A DNA stretch of 61,395 nt, the filler included, from Globobulimina sp. (taxonomy: Eukaryota): NCBI GenBank assembly GCA_003354225.1. It is 16 parts of 16 records of this genome, joined end to end, with 100 filler letters (N's around TTAATTAATTAA, not from the genome) between each part and the next. Parts side by side here need not be neighbours in the genome. Positions count along the whole stretch, not along the records: positions 23,090 to 26,834 come from PIVH01002165.1; positions 26,935 to 30,679 come from PIVH01002166.1; positions 30,780 to 34,523 come from PIVH01002167.1; positions 34,624 to 38,363 come from PIVH01002168.1; 12 more parts are not named here. One strand, written 5' to 3'. The notes under the pieces were generated by a model. The model was not told the DNA's origin. It searched no databases and saw nothing but the letters and a program-made list of their open reading frames with translations. Shown here in pieces: positions 26,101-35,413 of the stretch. The position numbers and the translations under genes were made by a program. Position 1 is the stretch's first letter, and the number at the start of each line of letters is the position of its first letter.

Positions 26101-26408
26101 AATTGGAGAAGGAAAAAGCAGAAAAAGAGAAGGAAAGATTGGAAAAAGAGAAGGAAAAAGAAAAGGAAGAAGAGGAGAAAATGGATAAAGTGGAGGATAA
26201 TGATGGAGATGGTGACGGTGTGGAGAATGACGAGGAGAATGATGAGGATTATGGTTATCCGAAAGTGCATACCGCAGCAAAAGTGTATATGGAAGATAAG
26301 GGATTTGAATGTAAGAATCCGTCACATTTAGTATTGTATGCAAAAAAGAAAGGGTTGGATGGTGTGTCTTTTTCGAAAGTTAATAAATATTTTAAAGCTC
26401 AGAAATAA
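23153..26408 (+). CDS. Protein with two tandem EF-hand plus TOG (CLASP N-terminal-like) units, SPK repeats and a Glu/Lys coiled coil (3 exons)
   Basis: EF-hand-like DFKNDRKITLDEF and DEEKTQSVNIETF, and TOG-like W..R..., DRRSNVSR..C, DT.VR. Introns 24383-24502 and 25396-25462 join the three ORFs in frame. Confidence 0.7.
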
Positions 26409-26599
26409 TAATAATGATATTTTTTATTGTAAATATGTACGTATTTTTATTTGCGCTTCGAATTTATTAGGTTTTATTCATTTTTTTAATTTTTTTATGG
26501 TGTGAATTAATTGCTATATTCTATAACATTTACAAGTTATACAGTTCATTATTTTAAAAATTTGAAAATTGCATGTGATTCTTGACAATATACCGTTTG

Positions 26600-26695
26600 A
26601 GTGTTGGGTTTGCAAATCCAGAACAAAGTCAGAGCAAATTTATAATTGAATTTTCGGTATACAAAGGGGGAGGGTTATCCAATGGAATATATCGC
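26600..26695. mobile_element. Copy of MITE family (one end)
   Basis: About 90 nt nearly identical to 31873-31965, ending ATATATCGC followed by TAA. Confidence 0.7.
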
Positions 26696-26702
26696 TAAAG
26701 GT

Positions 26703-26833
26703 GTTTGTATGCAAAAATATTTCTCTCATTGAGTCGCTTGATATTTATCATGTTGATTTATCATTTATGATTTATACGTTTGGTTTAAATTAATTTAACG
26801 ACTCGATGTAGAGAAATATATTTGCATACAAAC
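26703..26833. repeat. Imperfect inverted repeat with about 35-nt arms
   Basis: GTTTGTATGCAAAAATATTTCTCTCATTGAGTCG pairs with CGACTCGATGTAGAGAAATATATTTGCATACAAAC. Confidence 0.75.
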
Positions 26834-27067
26834 CNNNNNNNNNNNNNNNNNNNNNNNNNNNNNNNNNNNNNNNNNNNNTTAATTAATTAANNNNNNNNNN
26901 NNNNNNNNNNNNNNNNNNNNNNNNNNNNNNNNNNAAATAGATTTGAAAAAAATCGTCAGATTTCATAAAAATTCTCAAAATTACGTCACATTCCATTCAT
27001 CATGTATTGCGATGACAATCTATGTAGGACAAAAAAAAATGAATTTCATGATTCATGACAAAAAAAA

Positions 27068-30000
27068 ATGAATTTCAACCAAATAATGGATAAAAATACT
27101 GCATTGCAGCAATTCTTTGGATCAATTTGTGGACCGATGACTGATCCGACCACCAACCACAAATTACACGACATTAATAACTTTGATTCCGAATTAAATG
27201 ACTATGTCCCCAATGACCTGCAATTCATCCCCAATAAACAGAAAAATGACACTGATAACACGGCAACTTCCATCCCACCTCCCCTTGAAACGCTTGATAA
27301 TGATACCTTTGCCCATAATGATGAAGAAACAGACGATGCCTTCACGCCGCACTTTGATCCCAACTATCTCCCCCCAACCCAACCAGTACTGAATGTCATA
27401 ATAGATATCCAACACCAAACGCCTGGATATTTCCCGACCCGCAGTGACTTACAAGAGAACGAAGAGAAAAGAGAGTGTGAGCAAATACCGGATGTTCATG
27501 TAAGCAAATTCAAATCGATAGAACTTGCTATAAAACAGGCAAATCCAAACAGCGCCCCCGGATACGATGGGATCAAAACCATCCATCTCAAAACAAACTC
27601 GCATCACATTAATAAAATACTCTGCACACTCTTTAATGTCTGGAATGACACTTACTGCATCCCCTACTACTTCCGATTGGGTTCGATCATCCCGATCCTC
27701 AAAACTCCAAATGGCTGCACTCCGAATCAATACCGGCCCATAACTCTCCTGCCAATTATATTTAAAGCATATGAAAGATTGGTACTGTGGGAGATGTGCA
27801 TTCAGCATAAGTTTCGAGCGAACCTACATATATTACAAGGAGGCAATCGATCGAGAAGAGGCGTCCCAGAACAGATAGGAGCCCTGAATCTGATTGCAGA
27901 GACTGCAAAAATGAGAGGAATTCCCCTTTACTGTGCGCTTCTTGACATACGTAAAGCTTTTGACACAGTCTGGAGAAAGGGGCTCCTATACAAACTACAC
28001 ACCGATTTTAATATTCCTATCCATATTTGCAAGATAATTAAAGCCATTTAAAATAATTCACACGCGGCAATACGTGACATACCCTTCATTTCAAATAAAT
28101 TCATCCTACATAATGGAGTGCTGCAAGGATCTGTTCTTTCCCCTGTATTGTATGCAGCATTCCTCAATGACATGATCTATGAGCTACAGGCGTCTGGAAA
28201 CGGTGCATTTTCGCCGAATAATGATGAAAAAATAGCGTGTATATTCTACGCTGATGACGTAATATTGACCGCAAATAAAATCTCGCATCTTAATAAATCA
28301 ATAAAAATATGTGAAAAGCACAGCATTCGATGGAATTATCAATTTAACAGCAAAAAATGTAAAACTATGATATATAATGATGATACAATTAATAATAACA
28401 ATATTGATACATATAATATAAATGATATAATACTAATAAACAATGAATACTATGAATCTGATGCCATACACAATAACAAGCCAGCTCCAATGATATTGAT
28501 CCAGAAACCAATAAAAAATCAAATAATGGCAATAAATGTCGATAATCAAATACAGACATATGACAAAACAGAGATTCCTACGAAGCACCTTGAGATGTTC
28601 ATGAATCACGTAGCATTTTATGGTGACATCACGAATAAACCCTTCCCGATTATGTGGATTAATATGCGATATGATCGTAACTACAGTCCGTCGGTGATGC
28701 ACCATAAATTGCGACTAAATAACAGCAGATTGCACTGCACGACTTTTATGCGCTACTTAGGTGCCATGTTAAGTAGTTACGACAGCGCCAATTTGGTCTC
28801 CACTGAGTACACTAACAAACACTTTTTGAAAAAACTTGATAACAAAGCGCGTGTTCTCACGTCCCTGGATTTTAATCATGATTATATATCCCTGGACGAC
28901 AAGATACGTATCCTGAAGACATTTTATTTAGTCTATACGGAAATTTTTGCGCAGGTTCTAGATTGTGAGAAAATAAATTTGGCCGAAGCCAATCAAAAAC
29001 AACTTGATGTAATCCGAAAGCAAACAAATATCCAGAAATTCGTTCCTGAACAACTTTACTTATGGGCTGGAATACCAACACCGTTTGAACGGTGGGTGTC
29101 ATTGAAACTGACCTTTTATTGGAAACTATTGCATATTCCCAATGTGTCATTAATGCATAAATGGGCCCATTTACCCCACATAAATCACCATAAACTCTAC
29201 AAACAATATAAGACCCTGAAAAGGGAATGGCTGCCAAAAATAAGCCAAGTGTTGCAAGATGAGGTCCGAATGACTGATCCATTTGACACAATACTGGAAC
29301 CACATGAACTTAGACCGATAATAATAAAAACACAACATCAAAACATCCTAAATAACTTGAATAATTATCATCCTCTGAAAGTGCTACAACATGTAACCAG
29401 TGACTATAGACCGATGAACATATATGAAAAAAACGAATTGGCTGAATACGTAAAAGAGCCAATGATACAGACGTACCGTGCATTATTTTATAACTTCAAT
29501 CAATATGATCCGTATTGCAAGCTTTGCAGGAAAACCATAAACAAACCATTGGAACTGCACCTTGCTGTCCTATGTCCTGTCTTAGATACTTTAAGAAAGG
29601 ATTATTGGTACCATGCTAGTTTCACTTTTGCCAGAAATGGCTCCAAAATCAACAAAATCCATAACCAAATATATATGCAACGATTGATTGAGCTGTGCCG
29701 TAATGTTAACATTAATAGATCGCAATTCTGGAGAATTCTCTGTGGTGCCAATATTTACAAAGTTGACACCAATGAGTTTGTATACATGCACAAATTGATA
29801 AACATAAACGTTGATAAATACACATTATATCGGAACTTGATCTCACAAACTCATCGTTGGATATCTGATATCTTCAGAATACACCGCAACGAGATAAGTA
29901 TCAAACGCATGAGAAATAAACATACCACCATGCCTTGCAAAATGCCATTATATCATACCCGTAGTAGAAATATAACTGAATGGCATAATAACAAAAATAG

Positions 30001-30592
30001 ACTACACCCGAATGACCTCATAATAGCTACGGACTCCTCACACGATCCATGCACTAACACCACCGGAATTGGAATAATTATAAAAGATCATAACAAAATA
30101 CACTGCTATGCACAACCCATAGGTGCGCAGACAAATCATTATGGCGAACTGTATGCGATACTAAAATCTGACTTTTTAATAAATAGATGTAAAATCAACA
30201 CTGATAATCGCCGAAAAGTAATATTCACCGATTCCTTATATAATTTCATCCCATTAATTACCACCCCCCGAAGAATAGATAAATTAGCCCATTCTAATTT
30301 ATTCAGAAACACGCAAAAATACTTGAAAAAGAGTGAGAGCATTCTGTGGAAAGTTAAATCACATACCAAACCAATACAGCAGCCTTTTAATAATGTAGCA
30401 GATAAGCTGGCAGAGATTGGGAGGATCCATCCAAATAACTCCAGCTATCTTACTACCAACTACAATTCCATACAATATGCCAGATATAAATCCTTCACGT
30501 TCACACATGGTGTCTCGTTTGATACCATAAACAACCTCGCCGGGATGTTCAAGCAATCGGTGAGTATGGAGCCAGACTTACTCCCTGGCTGA
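27068..30592 (+). mobile_element. Non-LTR retrotransposon ORF2 (RT, CCHC zinc finger, RNase H), 5' truncated, with one in-frame stop
   Basis: APGYDGI, YRPITLL, LDIRKAFDTV, GVLQGSVLSP, YADD, RYLG and CKLC..HLAVLC. RNase H motifs TDSS, TNHYGEL, FTDS, KVKSH and NNVAD. The two ORFs share one frame, split by TAA at 28049-28051. Confidence 0.92.
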
Positions 30593-30917
30593 ATGTGCCC
30601 CTACTACTAGAAACATAACATTTTGCTTTCGTCATGGCACTCAGCGAATTACAAATGCAATCTCAATCCAATGCACAGTNNNNNNNNNNNNNNNNNNNNN
30701 NNNNNNNNNNNNNNNNNNNNNNNTTAATTAATTAANNNNNNNNNNNNNNNNNNNNNNNNNNNNNNNNNNNNNNNNNNNNATAATATTATAATAATAATAA
30801 AACACTGCAATAATATGCATTATTTTTGTGACTGTTTCTGTGTTTGTGACTGTTTGTATATGTTTTTAGATTTAAATAGCACCACAAAAATAATAAACAA
30901 GTTAATAAATTAACAAG

Positions 30918-31325
30918 TTAATTCAATGAATAAATCTCTGTTGATTGGGCATTGTTCACATAACCAACTTTGTAATTTTCACATAACCAATCTTCTTTAT
31001 CCAAATCACATAATTTATTTAAATCCTTAAATAATTGTATCTCAATATCATCCAATCTCGACTTTCTAGTTAAATGCTTTTGCTTTAAATCCCTCCATCT
31101 TGTAATAAATTGTAACTGAGCGTGGCGTTGTGATGTAAGCAATGCAATAAATTCTTCCGTGGCAATAGTTCTTTCTACATCAACATACAACAAACCAACA
31201 CCAAATACAATACAAACATACAAAACAGCCAATAACATTTGTAATCCTTGTATGAAATAAGCATAAGCTGTCCATGTTTGTATAACCGTAGATGATCCAT
31301 GCGAAGTCAATATAGAAACAGTCAC
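30918..31325 (-). CDS. C-terminal fragment of a membrane protein, bracketed by a 35-nt inverted repeat
   Basis: TM helix then a soluble tail. No start context, and the frame is cut at the repeat at 31330. Confidence 0.45.
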   Translation of the reverse strand: MTVSILTSHGSSTVIQTWTAYAYFIQGLQMLLAVLYVCIVFGVGLLYVDVERTIATEEFIALLTSQRHAQLQFITRWRDLKQKHLTRKSRLDDIEIQLFKDLNKLCDLDKEDWLCENYKVGYVNNAQSTEIYSLN

Positions 31326-31456
31326 TTTTATTATTGCAGTGTTTTATTATTATTATAATATTATGATTTAAGTTGAATATCGACTCGATATTACAGCTTA
31401 AAATTCGTAGTCGACCAATTGTGCATTTTTGGTCGATGGAAGAGATGGTTCCGTGG

Positions 31457-31545
31457 GAGAATCACAGAATCACAGAATCAAGTCTAGTGAATCACAGATT
31501 CAAAGTTTTCGAATCAAAATCACAGAATCAAGAATCACAGAATCA
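31457..31545. repeat. Degenerate GAATCA(CA) tandem repeat cluster
   Basis: About 9-10 GAATCACA/GAATCAA-like units. Confidence 0.75.
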
Positions 31546-31787
31546 TTTACTACAATAATAATTTATATGTTCCATCAAGGTTTGTATTTATTACAGAATT
31601 TGCGATACACACTTTGTCTCGTACTGATGTTGCATCTGTAGATTCGAGACACCATCAGCAATATCACAATCACAACCGCGTGAACTTTGCATCCCATGAT
31701 TGCAGAAATTGACTGTCGAGGTAGACAGAAATTGCAAGATTACTATCTTCATCGATGGTATAAGAAAGTAAATTATTAATACTCTTA

Positions 31788-31965
31788 ACGATATATTTGG
31801 AAGATTTAACAAAGCTATAGCAAACCGTTTCTGTCTGAGCCAAATGTAAACAACTACAGTAGTAGCTTTGTCTTGGGTCTGCAAATCCAGAACAAAGTCA
31901 GAACAAATTTATAATTGAATTTTCGGTATACAAAGGGGTGGGGGTTATCCAATGGAATATATCGT
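31788..31965. mobile_element. Complete 178-bp MITE with 10-bp TIR ACGATATATT and TTA target-site duplication (Tourist/PIF-Harbinger-like)
   Basis: TTA|ACGATATATT...AATATATCGT|TTA. The internal sequence is shared with copies in two other contigs. Confidence 0.75.
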
Positions 31966-32062
31966 TTAATTAAGGCTAACAACTTTGAATAAATAGAGCT
32001 CGCATAATATGCAGTGTCAGTTATGTCAATATCTTTAATTTATTCAAATGCTACGACATTTG

Positions 32063-32991
32063 CTATTTTATTTTCTTATCCTTCTGATGATTTTCAAAAT
32101 ATTTGAGTGCATAATACAGCACGATTACAAATGCAATGTCAGATATTCCAAACAACATTGACATTAAATTAACCACACTCCATGTTGCTTGACATATGCT
32201 CGCTGAAAAGGGCAATTTAATAATAAGTACACCAACCAGTACCAGACAATACTTTGACATCTTTGTTAAATGTTCATCGCAATTTCCTTTAATGAAAATA
32301 TATTGAAATACAGCAAAAACCGAAACGCAGCCAAAAACATAAATATATTCAGCCACGATAGCAATATTTGAGAATAAAAATTCAACAAATACAATAGATA
32401 CAAGATACATAATTTGTGTGATTGAGAAATCTTTACGTTTTACAATTAAATTACTGCTTAACATTGATAATAATTCTAAACTTAAAAATGTTCCAGAAAC
32501 ACCAGTTGATGCTTTATCTGTGAATGCAAAAAATATTCTAAATTTTGATGAAAGTGGTAATAAACAATGATAAAATATGCCAGAAATATTCATAAACATA
32601 AAAAATATGAATGATAATGATAATCTGGCAGAAAATTTGCGAAATTTTAAAAATCCAACAGAACCAATAATTATTCCTGATTAAATTAGTTGTTTTATAT
32701 ATGAATTATATAATTTATATACAATTGCAAAGGTATACCGAGAATTGCCAGTATCAAAATTGACGGACATCGAATAACATGATCATCAAATAACGAAATA
32801 TAATTAATTTGACAATATTCACCGCCAACTAATATTTTTATTCGATCATAATATCCTGTTTGGTTCAAATAGTATCCATTTTCAGAAAAGAAACCAAACA
32901 ATGGATGTATCGTCCAATCAAAAGTTGTTTCTCTTCTTAATATGCTTAATCTGGAAAATTCATCTCTCATTGGAATGGTAGCACTTGACAT
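32063..32991 (-). CDS. Multi-pass membrane protein (possibly CREST/ceramidase-like, 2 exons)
   Basis: An intron at about 32678-32737 joins ILAIL-G-IIIG. Multiple TM helices and an NISGIFYHC motif. Confidence 0.55.
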
Positions 32992-33195
32992 GATCAGAGT
33001 AAAGTTTTTCTACGGTCAGACTTTTTCTACTGTCACTTGTGTGTCCTGTCACTTCCCGTTTGCTGACATCGAAACTGACGCAGTAAAGTATTTTCAGAAG
33101 TATAATTTCTTAATTTCGGCTGCAGCTGTGGACAATATAAGAAGTGGACAATATAAGATGGCCCACTGTAACAGCAAAAAGTTGGTGTGATACAT

Positions 33196-34424
33196 TTAAC
33201 GCAAACGAGACTTACGAGAGTGTTTCTTGTTTTTTTTGGATGATTTAATATGTTTATGCTTTTTTCGCTTTTTCCTTTTCTTTCTGCAATCACTATCATC
33301 ACTATCCCTATCATTATTTTTCTGTTTCTTCCTTCTCCGCTTCTCCTTTTTCTGTTTTTTTAATTTCCTGTTTCTTTTCAATGAATCATAAAATTGCATA
33401 TTAATGTCCTCCCTCTCATTACCAACAGACTCTGCTTTGTTTCTTATCTCCTTTTGTTTCTTCACATATTCATTCATTAAATGCATTGGGTCGTCCATAC
33501 ACTTCCTATGTACTGCTTTCTCTTTCAATTCGTCCGTATTACGATTATAATCCTTTAATCTCCGCGGCAATGAACGTTGGATGTCATCCGATTTCATTAA
33601 CATTCTCCTATCAATCTCCTTAATCACAATTCATATAAATATTAAATACACAGCGCGAGGATTAAAAGACTAAATAACTAAACTCGTTGAACAGTCATAA
33701 GATACCACGGCTTCCTATTTCCCCGCAATTCAATCTCTGTCCTCCCCACTTTGAACTGTCTATCCTCCATTTCTTTTTTCTGTCTCTCCTCTTTGATACT
33801 CGCCTGATTCGCATATCCGTTCTTATTATATTTATTTCGCAAATCGCGCTCATTAAATAAGGAAAAATGCGAATTATTCGGTTTGTTATCATTGTGATTC
33901 TGCACTGATTTATTATCACTGACTGTGTTATATTGTTCTGGGTCAAATTCAAATTTTGATTTAGCACTGTAATGATCCTCAATAATGCTCACATCGTTCC
34001 TTTTGTGTCTCTTTCTCGGTCCATATTTTATTTGTTCTTCACTTAATTCATGCATCTCGTTATATTTTCTTTTTTTGTTTTTATTTTTATTTTTATTTTC
34101 CTCCATTTTTTCCCGTTGCTGCTTATCGTTGATCTTTTTAGCAATATCTCGCATCGATTCGTCTTTTATGTGCTCATTAATGTCTATGTTGTCCAATGCA
34201 TATTCTATACGTGCTTTTTCTTCTTGTTTGGTGATACTTTTTCCTGTTAATCGCTCAAAACGAATTTCCTGTAATACTTTGTTACGACAATGTTCTTTTG
34301 CTTGGATTAATTGTGCATTGGCTTGTTCATCGCGTGCTACTTTGGCTTTATTGTCTTCGTTCCATACATTCCATGATTTATGTGGCAAAATCACTAAGCC
34401 TCCTCCGCCGGGATGCGGTGCCAT
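33196..34424 (-). CDS. LENG1: LENG1-like protein (Cir_N domain), 2 exons
   Basis: ILPHKSWNVWNEDNKAKVARDE N-terminus, KPWY, DDPM motif and Lys-rich tail. Intron 33619-33683. Confidence 0.7.
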
Positions 34425-34623
34425 GCTGTTTCCCTAAATGTGCGGTATGCAAATTAAGTTTTTGAGTATTTATTAACATGACTGACTTTTGTTACATGGG
34501 CACGCCAAGATACAGACGCAAAGNNNNNNNNNNNNNNNNNNNNNNNNNNNNNNNNNNNNNNNNNNNNTTAATTAATTAANNNNNNNNNNNNNNNNNNNNN
34601 NNNNNNNNNNNNNNNNNNNNNNN

Positions 34624-35104
34624 TTCGAATGTCTCCAAACTTGTAAACTATGGTTTGTCCGTCATTTTTTTTAAATAATACGCGAGGCCTAATTTCTCTT
34701 CTTTGAAATTTTATCTTTGTCGCTGGTATTATTTTATCTTCGAATTCATCGTAATTGCAATGCCTACACCTTTCATTGTAGTGATAGGAGTCCATATATT
34801 TCAGACATTTTGCACATTCCTTTATTCTCATTCTTATATAACCAGCCGTACTTAATACAAAACATTTATTGCTTTGTGTCTTAAACACTGTCCCAGTGCC
34901 ACATATTGTTACTTCATAGCATTTTTCAACGTATTTATAATCTGCCTCTAACTGTCCAATACAAGCAATGATATCTTCTTTATTGTATCTTGATTCTGTG
35001 ATTGGTTGTCTATGATCTCCATCATTATGCACAATCGATTGTTTTATACAATTTGATTCTGTTTTTTTTTTTGCATTATCTAGCTCAACGACATTTCGCA
35101 CCAA
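34624..35104 (-). CDS. Trypsin-like (S1) domain fragment with CxxC insert
   Basis: CIGQL...GTGTVF...FVLSTAGY resembles the S1 N-terminal barrel. Truncated by the contig end. Confidence 0.5.
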
Positions 35105-35413
35105 AAATCGGGTATAATACTACACACCGTCATAATAGTCTGCTTCTTTCTTTTCAATACTGTTTTTTCGTACTAACGACATGCAGCGAAAATGATTTTA
35201 GATGAAAACCAGCTTAAATAAATCTTTTTTTCCACAGGATTAAAAAGTCCGAACAATGAATTTGTAATATTCAGATTCAAACCAAAAATCAACACAGACG
35301 CTCGCTCGGCTCACTTTTGTAATGATGACAATTAAATGATTACAATATATATGCTTACATAACAAGACAAAAACAAGCACAAAAACAAGACAAAAATCTA
35401 TTAAATTAAAGGG

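Noticed and set aside
25790-26200. Purine-rich tandem repeats and long antisense Phe/Pro/Leu ORFs
   Set aside because: These encode the Glu/Lys coiled coil, and the antisense ORFs are shadows of it.
28049-28051. In-frame TAA suggesting stop-codon reassignment or readthrough
   Set aside because: Many intact genes here end in TAA and none needs readthrough. A TAY-to-TAA mutation in a retroelement copy is simpler.
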